Below, in pieces: positions 26,700-38,239 of a stretch of DNA of 64,000 bases (position 1 is the first letter of the stretch; each line of letters starts with the position of its first letter). The translations under genes were made by a program, and so were the position numbers. The notes beneath the pieces are model-generated. The model searched no databases, was not told the origin of the DNA, and was given only the letters and a program-made list of their open reading frames with translations. Origin of the DNA: Octopus bimaculoides (Eukaryota); NCBI RefSeq assembly GCF_001194135.2, contig NC_068986.1, forward strand, positions 3,158,461 to 3,222,460, written 5' to 3'.

Positions 26700-28290
26700 A
26701 TCAGCATTGGCAGGATGAAAGGTAGGTCTGGAGAGATTATATAGATGCCGGTAGGTATATGCTGTATACAAGAGTTAAAATGGAAGGGAACTTCAGCAAG
26801 GCACTTCATGGGGAATGATCAGGTACAAATTCCTCTGAGTAGGTAAAAGTACTGGAATTGATTGAGTAGACTTTGTTAGCAGATAAAAAGGAAAGATAAA
26901 GTTACTGAGATAGAGTATTTGATAGAATAATTAAGCCTTGTCACGAACATGATAGCAACAATAGTCTGAATATGTATCACAATCAAAATTGACTCATGAA
27001 CAATCAGGACTGTTTCTTAGAAGACTTGAAGATTATCTTGTTAACAAATGACAGACAATAACTTTATCACAGCTAGTGACTTTAATGGACTATTCTAATG
27101 TATATAAAGGCTGTGTGAAAGAGGGATCAAGACTCTTGGTGTTATGTCATGCAAATCACTTAACTATTTGCAACACTAACTTCAAGAAATTGGCCAGTCA
27201 CCTACTACTTGCGCAATAATACAATCCAGAGAGATTTCTTACCAGGAAATGGGATAGAAACGATTGTTGTAAATACTAAGTCTTTCCCTGGTGAAAAATG
27301 TACCACTCAAATTAGACCAGTGTTTCTCAATCGGGGTTCTGCAAGAAAGAGTGAGATAAGCTAATGCTAATTTCATGATTGTAATATTACTATACACACA
27401 CAACATATTGGTTATTGTAATACAGACATCATCTTATGTTATCAAGAAGATATAACAACCATTAGGGATATATTTAATGATGTTTGTAATTTATGGACAC
27501 CCGATATATATATATGTGTGTCTGTGTATGATATTTACCACGTGAATTACGATGAAAAAATATGAGAAAGATGTGGTATATAATTTTTTTTTTTTTTGTT
27601 CAGGGGTTCCTTGAGACATGTAATTTATTTTAAGGGTAAAAAGGTTGAGAAACATTGAATTAGACCAACAATAAGTGACAGATAAGAACAAGATAGGACA
27701 ATCTAGAAAAGGATAGTTTGAAAGCTTGGCTAGATATAAGTTTAAAGAAGTCCTGGGTGTTGTGTATGATAAGGAGAGGTTGATAGAGACAACTTGTTAC
27801 CTAGGTGACAAAATTAACATCAGAGGAGGGTGTTCTAAAAGCATAACAGAGTAAGAGCTGGACGAAAAATGCTTAAGGAGTTATTACTGCTGCTGACAAT
27901 AAAAGAATCCTTTCTCTGACTGAAAGGCAGATTGTATGATGCTTGTATACTGGGTGCAATGCTACAGGGTACTCAAAAAGTTGGGCATTGAACGTAGAGG
28001 ATATATGATGGGAAATAAATGAAGTGATCAAGCTTAATATTGGTGTGTGTGTGAATGATGCAGCACAAATGAGCTGAGCTAAAAGCTGGGCATTAAGCAG
28101 AATCAATCATGTAAAGAAAGAAAATTGCGTTGGTCCTGTCATGTGATGCAAATAGAGGATTGCAGGTGGGTAAAGAAAGAAATGCCAAGCAATCCAAGTG
28201 GAAAGAATTTGTGTCAGAGGAAGACATGAGAAAAAAACAATGAAAGCTGAACCTCATCAAGAAAATAAAGAGCCACATGTGAAAACATCA
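26700..28290 (+). mobile_element. Highly decayed RTE LINE (APE endonuclease plus RT C-terminus, RT core deleted), interrupted by a hAT MITE
   Basis: 27109-27210 reads GCVKEGSRLLVLCHANHLTICNTNFKKLASHLL. NTKSFPGEKCTTQ resumes after the MITE. TCYLGDKINIRGGCSKS at about 27792 and LKGRLYDAC at about 27920. Confidence 0.75.
27318..27657. mobile_element. hAT (Charlie-type) MITE, 340 bp
   Basis: TIRs CAGTGTTTCTCAA / TTGAGAAACATTG; perfect 8-bp TSD AATTAGAC at 27310-27317 and 27658-27665. Confidence 0.9.
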
Positions 28291-28439
28291 TTCTGTAGAA
28301 AACCCGTACAACACAGGAAGCATTGGAAAATGTTTTGGCAATAATGAAGAAAGGGGGGCTGATGGTGATTATTGTTGTTGTTGGTTGAATCATTACAGCC
28401 TTGGACAAATTACCTTTGGTATTTGTTCTAGCTCTTTAA

Positions 28440-28656
28440 CCCTTTAGCATTTAAGCTAGCCATATCTGGCCCAAATATTCTATCTATTTTATGTTCAAAC
28501 TACCTGGGCCTGGTCTCTCCCACCTACCCTACATTGTCATTCTAAAACTAAACAATCACATCATCAAAATCTTAAAGTTACAAGATAATGCAAAATTAAT
28601 TGAAAACAATATGAATGAAGCACTCTATTTGATAGAGTAATCTGAATGCTAAAGGG
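28440..28656. mobile_element. piggyBac-type MITE, 217 bp, inserted into a family B SINE
   Basis: TTAA|CCCTTTAGCATT ... AATGCTAAAGGG|TTAA. SINE B sequence flanks both sides (about 28380-28439 and 28657-28780). Confidence 0.85.
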
Positions 28657-28856
28657 TTAATCCCACCAAAATCAGCTTTGCTTTTCATCCTTTGGAGCAG
28701 GAGGAGGGTCAGTAAACCAATGTTGGGTACTGAAGGTTTGGTTAAAGTTTCAGGCCTTGTGCCTATATTTTAAAACAGCATCTTTGTTTTCAGCAGACTA
28801 GCTAGAATATCAAACAAGCTGAATATTTAGTAAAAGATTAGTGGATTTGCAGAATA

Positions 28857-29205
28857 GCACCTGTGCCCAACGTCGCCTTCCTGGCACTTGTGCCGGTGGC
28901 ATGTGTAAAGACATTCGAGCGAGATCGTTGCTAGTGCCGCTGGACTCACTCCTGTGCAGGTGGCACGTAAAATACACCATTTTGAGCGTGGCCGTTGCCA
29001 GTACCTCCTGACTGGTCTTTGTGCCGGTGGCACGTAAAAGCACCCACTACACTCTCGGAGTGGTTGACGTTAGGAAGGGCATCCAGCTGTAGAAACTCTG
29101 CCAAATCAGATTGGAGCCTGGTGTAGCCATCTGGTTCACCAGTCCTCAGTTAAATCATACAACCCATGCTAGCATGGAAAGTGGATGTTAAACGACGATG
29201 ATGAT
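28857..29205 (+). mobile_element. RTE LINE 3' UTR copy
   Basis: Same element as 11008-11370. Confidence 0.85.
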
Positions 29206-29419
29206 TAGAACATGAGAAAAATTTTCCTAAAAAGTGGGGAGGAACAATGTTGAGGATGAGGGATGAGTGTGAAAAACAAGTAGGTCCAGGGAGAGGGAAA
29301 AATAATTGGTAGCTCAGAAAACGATGAGATGTGTTTAACTGGTTTAACTACAGCAGTAGAATAAGGTGTCAGTTAGGGAAATGAGGGTGTTGGGAAGACT
29401 TGACAGGAACAAATTTGGT

Positions 29420-30995
29420 TGAGAGGCCAAAAATATTTTGTGAATTTGATCTTGCGCTTTGCATTCTGCATTGAAATCCCACCATGGTCACCTTTACCAT
29501 TCATCCTCTTGGGATCAATAAAATAAAGTAGAAGTCAAATACTGGAGTTGATGGTATGAATTTACTTATTCTCCTCAATACCACTGGCCTTGTGCCTGAG
29601 TTAGAAACAATTACCATTTTTAGGCAGTGATTTGGCAGAAATGATAAAAGCATCAGATAAAATGTCTTACACGATTCAGTTACGACTCTTTACATTCTAA
29701 GTTCATATCCTACCAAGGTCAACTTTGCCTTTCATCCATTTGGGGGTTGATAAAATAAAGTAAAAGTCAACTACTGGGGTTTATGATATTAACTAACCCC
29801 CTCCCCTCAAAATTTTTAGTTCTGTGCCTAAATTAGAAACAGTTATTATTAGCAATTTTATAGAGTGGTGGATTGGTAGAATCATTAAGGAATCTGACAA
29901 AATGCCATGTGGTAGTTCTTCCAGCTTTTTTGAATTCAGACCCCACCAAAATCACTTATGAGGGTTAGTAAAATAAAGTATTAGTCAATTATTGAGGTTG
30001 GTATAATTGATTAACCCCTCTACTCCTAAAATTTTTGGTCTTCTGCATATATTCATCATCATCATCATCGTCCGCTTTCCATGCTAGCATGGGTTGGACG
30101 ATTTGACTGAGGACTGGTGAACCAGATGGCTACACCAGGCTCCAATCTGATTTGGCAGAGTTTTTAAAGCTGGATGCCCTTCCTAACGCCAACCACTCAG
30201 AGAGTGTAGTGGTTTCTTTTAAGTGCCACCTGCACGAATGCCAGTCAGGCGGAACTGGCAACGAACTTACTCAAATGTCTTTTCACGTGCCACTGGCACA
30301 AGTGCCAGGAAGGCAATGTTGGTATAAGAATCCATTATCATTAATTTAGGAGTACTGGACAAAATGCTTAGTGGCATTTCTTCCAGATGTTTATGTTCTG
30401 AGTTCAAACCCTGCCCATGTCAAAATTCGCCTTTCATCCTTTTGGGATTGATAAAAAAAAGGTATCAGTTGAGCACTGGGGTTGATGTAATCAATCTACC
30501 CCAACTCCTCCAATATTTCAGACCTTGTGCCTACATTAGAAAGAATAATTATTAACATTAGGGCAGCGAAAGGCGGCAAGCTGACAGAATCGATTGCACG
30601 CTGGGCAACATGCTTAGTGGCATTTCATCTGTCTTCGTGTTCCGAGTTCAAATCCCGCCAAGGTCGACTTTGCCTCTCATCCATTTGCGAGATGATAAAA
30701 TAAGTATGAGATCTGTGTAACTGACTTACCTCTTCCCTGAAATTACTGGCTTTGTGCCAAAATTTGAAATCAGTATTCGGGCAGCAAGCTGGCTGAATCA
30801 TTAGCATGTCAGACAAAAGTACTTAGCAGCATCTCTTCCTGCTCTTTGCATTCTGAGTTCAAATCCCACCAAGGTTAGCTTTTCCTTTCTACCTTTTGAA
30901 GTTGATGAAAGTAAGTACCAGTTGAGCACTGGGGTCAATGTAATCACTTTACCCTCTCCCCTAAAATTGCTGGCATTATATCAAAATTTGAAACT
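29420..30995 (+). mobile_element. Cluster of about six co-oriented family B SINE copies, with an RTE tail inserted
   Basis: Repeated module TTCTGAGTTCAAATCCC..CAAGGTCAACTTTGCCTTTCATCC..GATAAAATAA..TACCAGTTGAGCACTGGGGT..GCCTTGTGCC at about 29420, 29620, 29865, 30345, 30572 and 30780. Confidence 0.8.
30053..30322 (-). mobile_element. RTE LINE 3' UTR copy (reverse)
   Basis: Reverse complement of the 11008-type element, with (CAT)n at the left end. Confidence 0.85.
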
Positions 30996-31935
30996 ATCAT
31001 CATCATCAGCAACACCATCTCATACATGATATAAACATTTCAATCCTGGAGAAATGAAAGGCAAAGTTGACTTCAGCTGGATTTGAACTTAGAATGTAAG
31101 AAAACAAGGAGTAGGGATTAATCAGTTGCGTCAAACCTAGCACTTGATCAGTACTTTATCAACCCTTGAGAGATGAAGAGCAAAGTTGACCTTGACCTCT
31201 TTCTGACATAGGCACAAAGCCAGAGATTTGTGGGAAAGGAACAGTCAATTATACTGTTGATCCATTTGTGTATTTACAAGTACATGTATATATATATATA
31301 TATATATTTGTGTGTGTATACAATTTTTTTTGTTTTTACAAGTACGCATAACCATGCATGCTTGAATTTACATATGTGTGTTTGTATATACATAATCCTA
31401 TTTAAAATTCTATATTGTGCATAAAAATATGAGTAAATTTTGTTTTTATTTATTTGCTCTCACTAAATTTGATAGTATCTTAATAACCTAGTTGGCTACT
31501 GTTACATCTAATTTTCCCATGCCAGTCTTTCTTGCTTGCTTGCAAGCTCGCTGGATCTTTCCACTGCCCACAAGGTGGGGCAATACCGCTCACTTTGGGA
31601 ACCACTGCTCTAGATGAATAAATCACTCAACTTCACTCCACAGTATTCCTGTTGCTTACAGGAGTAAATCACACCACCTGTGGTATCTAGTTAGAGTAAA
31701 GTTGCCTCTGCAATTGAGAATCAAACCTCTTGATCACAGATACAATGCAGAGCCAATAGCCAAAATGCAAATATTTAATAACTCAGTTAATATTCCAACA
31801 CTAATTGCCTTGATTATCTATCCATTGTACCAGTAATAGTAACATTGAACTCCATCAACTTGATCAGGCATCTACTATAGTAGTAATAGGAATATGAAGC
31901 CTAATTGGCTTGAGCATCCACCCATTATACTAATA

Positions 31936-32141
31936 ATAGTTTCAAATTTTGCCACAAGGGCAGCAATTTTAGGGGAGGGGATGAGTCAATTACATCAACC
32001 CCAGTGTTCAACTGGTACCCAAAAAGAATGAAAGGCAAAGTCAATCGCGACAGAGTTTGAAATCAGAACATAGCAACAGACAAAAAAACCGGTTAAGCGT
32101 TTCACCCAGTGTACTAACAATTCTGCCCGCTCGCCACCTTG
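31936..32141 (-). mobile_element. Family B SINE, full length with 16-bp TSD
   Basis: Flanked by ACCCATTATACTAATA at 31920-31935 and 32142-32157. Confidence 0.85.
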
Positions 32142-32157
32142 ACCCATTATACTAATA

Positions 32158-32354
32158 CAGTAATCCCTTGCCATATTGTGGTTTATTATTTAAGCTTAAC
32201 GTTGATTCCTCCGTGGTGTTGTTTTGCATTTATAATAAAATAAATATATACAAATTATTAAAAAAATATATACAGTACTGTTTCTACTTCGCAGATTTTC
32301 ACCTATCACAGGGGTTTTTGGAACATGACACCCGCAATAGTCAAGGGATTACTG
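32158..32354. mobile_element. Tc1/pogo (Tigger-like) MITE, 197 bp
   Basis: TA|CAGTAATCCCTTG ... CAAGGGATTACTG|TA; perfect 13-bp TIR and TA TSD. Confidence 0.85.
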
Positions 32355-32484
32355 TAATGAGAATATTCTGGTTCCAGTTGACTTGGTTATCCACCGTCTA
32401 TACTAGTATTGGAAATATGAAGTCCAACTGTGTTGGTCATCCAATCAGCCACCAGTGTTATCCAAGGGAAAGGACAGCTTGGCA

Positions 32485-32635
32485 CCAGTAATGTTACAGC
32501 TCATTTCTGAGTGAACTGGAACAATGTGAAATAAAGTGTCTTGCTCAAGAACACAACACACAGCCCAGTCTGGGAATCGGACTCGTTACCTCGTGATTGT
32601 GAGCCCGATGCTCTAACCACTGAACCATGTGTCTT
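32485..32635 (-). mobile_element. tRNA-headed SINE family C (head)
   Basis: Reverse strand reads CATGGTTCAGTGGTTAGAGCATCGGGCTCACAATCACGAGG...CCGATTCCCAGACTGGGCTGTGTGTTGTGTTCTTGAGCAAGACAC. Related copy at about 56385-56540. Confidence 0.7.
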
Positions 32636-33229
32636 CATATGTATATATACCCTATAGAGTGTAGGATGCATGACCAGGGTAGTACCTCATGGTGAGAAGC
32701 AGTTGTTTCCCTTCACAGATTGACTGAGATCCTATTTATTTCCTACTCCTGCAGCTAGCTCGTGTATGGCTCCACAAATGCTGCACTGTATGGCAGTGTC
32801 CACATTCTGATTCCTGGTTTTGATTGACCAGCTAAATTACATGAGTGAACCCAAGTGCTATGTTTGAGGGTGGGAATGCTTATCTCTTAATATTTGAAAT
32901 TGGAATATCAGAGAGCACAGAAGTAAATGTTTAGGAGGATTGATAGCTGAGATTCTAGCATTTATAATCATGGTGAAGTTCATAAGTAGCCAACTTGTAC
33001 TTTCTCTTGTGTGGGCATGGATTGAAAATCTCATTTTTGCAGTTTTAGATAGGTGTTTGGGCAATGAAATATTTTTAAATGGAATTCTTTTCTTTTATAC
33101 ATAATCTACACTTGCTGTTACTACTAAAATAAAGTTTGCAGAAGTGGATAAGTTTGGAGAATTATAACCACACAACCATCATTGAGTAGTAATTATAAAA
33201 AGAAGGGGACCTTTGTTATGTTGTCATCA

Positions 33230-34070
33230 AGGATTTTGAGTATATATTCACTTATCTATTGTTATAACAAAAACAGAATCAGGATCATTGCACTTAAAGA
33301 TATTGATATGTGGGTAAAGGTTTGGTGAAATATGTAAAGGAAGAGTAAATTCTTTTTATTCATTAATTTGTGAGGGAAGGAAAATGCCAAAACCTTTTAA
33401 TTTGATCTTACCTGGTGAATAAAGATAAGCAGGGCAAGGTTACAGAAGTTAAAATTAAAAATAACTTTTTCTATATTATTCTAGTTTAACATTTTTAGGC
33501 TTATGTAATGTGAATAGGTTGTCGTCCCTATACAGTCTTACCCACATTAGTGAAAATTCCTTACTAATACAGAATAGGATATATATCCCAACTAGGTCAG
33601 TTATCTGAGTGGAATCCCTGAATCTTATAGTAATGTCAAACTTACCTGGTCTGTCCTTTCTAACCCAGTATTCTAGTAGTTAATATATCTACTTTGTCCT
33701 TTGAGGGGTTATTTTGTAATTTTCAGGATTGCCTTTTTAAGCAAGTGTGGTGTAAAGCATAGTCTAATTGGTATAAGTTACTGGTTTCGTTCATTTGTAC
33801 AAGAATCTCAATATTCTTCTTGAGTTCCGTTGCTGGTGTGCGCAGTTTCTTTAAGTGTTGGTTTCTTTGTATGAGTGAATTTTTAGAATTTAATGTTATC
33901 TACAATACTCCAAAGTTCATCTTTGAATCCAACCAGTTGCAGATTAGGTGGTGGAAATTTCTGAGATTTAAATAAATGCTGTAATACCTCATGGTGTTTC
34001 TTTCCTTCCTGGTCAAAATGGTATGCATGTTGCCTTGATTATACAGAGAAATTTTCAAATTGTCATCCTG
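33230..34070 (-). mobile_element. Decayed Penelope-like element RT relic, LYRDD type, internally deleted
   Basis: Minus-strand remnants FKSQKFPPPNLQLVGFKDELWSIVDNIKF, ETSNLYQLDY, DSTQITDLVGIYIL and LYRDD at 33518-33535; many stops and frameshifts. Confidence 0.6.
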
Positions 34071-34469
34071 AATAAGTTTCTTATATTACATATATCTGAT
34101 TTTATCTGAAGGAATTTAAGTTATTTCTATTTGATTGTATTAAGTACCTAGTTGTTGTACAAAACATTGAGAAATACACTTTGACTTACTTTATGATCTA
34201 GGACTATATGTTTCATCCTTAAACTTAAGGTCAAGATGAGGTCAAACACGAAGTAATTTTCATAGCCATATTAAGTTTCTAAACCTCCTCACTTTTTTTC
34301 TATCTAAAACCATAGTAACCTAGCAAAATACATTGGAGACACATAAATACACCAAGTTCACTTTGAATCACATTTGAATGAAGGTGCATAGTTGAAAATA
34401 GCTGGCTGCAAAGGCAGCAGCTAATTCTCTACACAGCACAAACACATGTCATTTATATCCTTTTCTACT

Positions 34470-34680
34470 CTAGGCACAAGGCCTGAAAAATTTTTGAGGA
34501 GGGTGGTCAGTTGATTAGATTGACCCCAGTAGACAACTGGTACTTAATTTATCAACCCCGAAAGGATGAAAGGCAAAGTCAACCTCGGCAGAATTTGGAC
34601 TCAGAATGTAAAGACAGATGAAATACCTCCAAGCATTTGGCCCGGGGGAGCTAACGTCTCTGCCAGCTCACCGCCTGCTG
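34470..34680 (-). mobile_element. Family B SINE
   Basis: Reverse strand reads GGCGGTGAGCTGGCAGAGACGTTAGC...TTCTGAGTCCAAATTCTGCCGAGGTTGACTTTGCCTTTCATCCTTTCGGGGTTGATAAATTAAGTACCAG. Confidence 0.8.
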
Positions 34681-34780
34681 TGTCAGTTGTATCTAAACCA
34701 ATTATTCTGTAAAAATAAAAATGAAAAAGTATGCAGGTATACAAGCCCCCATATTCATTGTAATTGTTAACATGGGCTGT

Positions 34781-35484
34781 ATGCTCCGTTGGATGTGTAA
34801 TGTCAATGTGAATACCCGTCAGAGTGTAAGTATCTTGAGAGAAAAGCTGAACATTAGAAGCATCAGTTGTGGTGTGCAAGAGAGACGATTGCGCTGGTAT
34901 GGACATGTGGTGAGAATGGATGAGGATAGCTGCGTGAAAAAGTGCCACACCCTAATAGTTGAGGGAACCCGTGGAAGAGGTAGGCCCAGGAAGACCTGGG
35001 CTGAGGTGGTGAGGCAAGACCTTCGTACATTGGGCCTCACCGAGGNNNNNNNNNNNNNNNNNNNNNNNNNNNNNNNNNNNNNNNNNNNNNNNNNNNNNNN
35101 NNNNNNNNNNNNNNNNNNNNNNNNNNNNNNNNNNNNNNNNNNNNNNNNNNNNNNNNNNNNNNNNNNNNNNNNNNNNNNNNNNNNNNNNNNNNNNNNNNNN
35201 NNNNNNNNNNNNNNNNNNNNNNNNNNNNNNNNNNNNNNNNNNNNNNNNNNNNNNNNNNNNNNNNNNNNNNNNNNNNNNNNNNNNNNNNNNNNNNNNNNNN
35301 NNNNNNNNNNNNNNNNNNNNNNNNNNNNNNNNNNNNNNNNNNNNNNNNNNNNNNNNNNNNNNNNTGTAGAAACTCTGCCAAATTTAGATTGGAGCCTGGT
35401 GTTGCCATCCGGTTTCACCAGTCCTCAGTCAAGTCGTCCAACCCATGCTAGCATGGAAAGCGGACGTTAAACGATGATGATGAT
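34781..35484 (+). mobile_element. RTE LINE 3' end: RT C-terminal ORF, gap, then the common 3' tail
   Basis: MLRWMCNV..LREKLNIRSISCGVQERRLRWYGHVVRMDEDSCVKKC..GTRGRGRPRKTWAEVVRQDL. After the N gap 35046-35364 the shared tail and (GAT)n follow. Confidence 0.9.
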
Positions 35485-35491
35485 GTGTATG

Positions 35492-35740
35492 TCATCATCG
35501 TTTAATACCCACTTTCCATGCTGGAACGATTGACAGAGGACTGGCAAACCAGATGGCTACACCAGGCTCCAATCTGATCTGGCAGAGTTTCTACAGTTGG
35601 ATGCCCTTCCTAATGCCAACCACTCTGAGAGTGTAGTGGGTGCTTTTACATGCCACCAGCACGAGGGCCAATCCAGTGGCACTGGCAACGACCTCACTCG
35701 AATATTGTTTTTCACGTTCCACTGGCACAAGTGTCAGTAA
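35492..35740 (-). mobile_element. RTE LINE 3' UTR copy, tail-to-tail with the preceding element
   Basis: Reverse complement of the shared tail, starting about 7 bp after the (GAT)n of 34781-35484. Confidence 0.85.
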
Positions 35741-36361
35741 GTTCCTGGTCATTCCTAACATATAGTTTCAGGTCATCCATATAGAATAGGTGACTGTTAA
35801 TTAGTTTGTGTTTGGACCTTATGTTATTCAGTCCATTAGAAAGTGGTAAGAACAAGAAACACAAAGGAAAGTCCGCATGGAAAATCCCTTTTTTTAAAAA
35901 TTTTGCTTGATTGCATGACTGCATAAAGCACCTGTGCCAGTGCCATGTGAAGGGCACCCAGTACACTTTGTGGAGTGGTTGGCATCAGGAAGGGCATCCA
36001 GCTGTACAGACCATGTCAAAACAGACAAGTGGAGCTCCCCTGTTGGCTAGTTCCTGTCAGACCATCCAACCCATGCCAGCATGGAAATTGGATGTTAAAT
36101 GATGATGATGGTGGTGGTGGTGGTGAGTAGTAATAGTAAGTTGAGCCAACAAATGAATTACTTCTACCAAACAATAAATATGTATGTATAGTGCTAAGTT
36201 ACCAATAACTTTGGTTTATACAGTTATTTCTCATCATAAACAAAGGATTGAGGTGGGATGCCTTTATTATGTTGTACATTAGTGTTTATAATGCAATGAT
36301 GCATCATCATCATCATCGTTTAACGTCCGCTTTCCATGCTAGCATGGGTTTTGGTAATAAA

Positions 36362-36960
36362 ATGCTGACAGCTAGCTGGATGGATCCTCTGAACTTTCAA
36401 AACAAGAGAAAAGGAGACGATGGTGATCCTGTGGAGGACATATGTCCTCAGCCGCTTGGACCACTGCTCCCAACTATGGTCACCACACAATATAAAATTA
36501 ACAGCGGAACTCAAAGCAATCCAATGAAGCTACACATGAAAATCATCTCAATGCAACGTATCAGCTACTGGGAAAGACTAAAGGAATTAAAACTCTTCTC
36601 CCTGGGACAAAGGCCGGAAAGATATGTAGTGATATACATCTGGAAAATCCTGGAAGGCCTTGTACCTAACTTTGACATTGAAAGTTACACAAACAGCAGA
36701 ATGATCCCAGCATCTCCATCAAACTACAAGACCAGATACTGCAACAGCTTGGGTTTCAAGTACCCACAGCTCTTCAATATCCTTCCAAAATGCCTGAGAG
36801 ACCTGCATGTTGTGGATGTAGGTGTCGTTAAAATAAAACTGGATCTCTTCTCTCAAGGGTTCCAGATGAGCCTACCTCATGGAAGGAAACACAGATGAGG
36901 GCAGCAGCATCAAATTCCCCCATTCACCAAATGCCACATATTAAATGGTGTAGCACAGTA
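36362..36960 (+). mobile_element. CR1/L2-group LINE 3' ORF2 fragment
   Basis: Frameshifted AGWIL.TFKTREKETMVILWRTYVLSRLDHCSQLWSP, then SYWERLKELKLFSLGQRPERYVVIYIWKILEGLVPN...GFKYPQLFNILPKCLRDL. Confidence 0.8.
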
Positions 36961-38104
36961 TGACTGCAGCTTTGAAGCTGACCAATTTAAAGTTTTATGT
37001 AGTTTGACCTGTCCATTTATGCTATGTGACTTACTTCTAGAGATAAAAACAGCATTAAATTAATTTTGATACTTTAAACTCCTGGAGATCATCTAGCTGT
37101 GACTGACAACTGAAAGATTGTCACTTCGATGTTTTTTTTCAAAATTTATTTGGAGTCAAAAACCATTTTTTTTTCATAAGTTCATTTATTCAACTTAAGC
37201 CAAGAAAAAATAACTCTTCTAAATATTTGAAGATTTATTTCCCTTTTTTCTTTAGCTAATGCGATTTCAATTTAGAAAACGTCCGTTTCTGCCGTTGATG
37301 GTTAAAAGTCTATCATTCCACAAAAGATACCACCATACAAGGTCAAGTATTACAAAACCATGAAATACAAGCATGAATTTTACAACTTTCTAGTTCTAGG
37401 AGAATAAGAAAAGAAGTAGCATGCATAGTGGAACGCCCGAACAAGGAAAACCTGTTCATACAAAAGTACACCACACCTTAATATACAAATTTGACCACTT
37501 CAATAATTATACGGAGGAGTTGTCCCCCTTGCCACCTATTACCTCCTTTGGTCTAGAGTCATTCTTATTATTCAAGCATCCAAAATGGTTAGACCCTTTT
37601 GTCACAAGAATTGATTACTTCATAATGTCCTTTCAAAAGGTAATTTAAATAGCGAAAACCGGTTGGATATCACTACATCCATAAAATATGTATATATTTT
37701 TTTTATTCCTTTATAAAAAGATATCAAACTGTGAAGCGAAGGCATTTCTCTTCCACTTTTTATGTTTTCCACATATTTTCAACTCATAATTTTGCCACGT
37801 GGTGTATACTTAATCTCCAGTATTTTTGCTCCTTTTATATATATATATATATATGCACACACACACACACACATATACATATATATATGTCTATACATAC
37901 ATATATACATAAGTATATATGTATATACACACATATGTATGTATGAATTTATACGTGTGCATGTGTGTGGGTGAATGAGTGTATTCCTAAGTGTATGCAA
38001 TTGTTTAAAGACCCCATTAAAGTTAACATTTGAGAAGTTCACATTTCCAAGCAATCTTTTATACAACTAAATACATTTTAGATTTATATTTAATGCATTG
38101 AACT

Positions 38105-38238
38105 AAGTATGGTAAGAAGCTTGCTTCCCAATCACACGGTTCGAGGTTCAGTCCAACTGCGAGATCCCATGGGTAAGTGTCTTCTAATATAGCCCCGGGC
38201 CGACCAAAGCATAATGAGTGGATTTGTTAGACGGAAAT
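38105..38238 (+). mobile_element. Family A SINE head
   Basis: TGGTAAGAAGCTTGCTTCCCAATCACACGGTTCGAGGTTCAGTCC...CCGGGCCGACCAAAGC..GAGTGGATTTGTTAGACGGAAA. Confidence 0.75.
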
Positions 38239-38239
38239 T

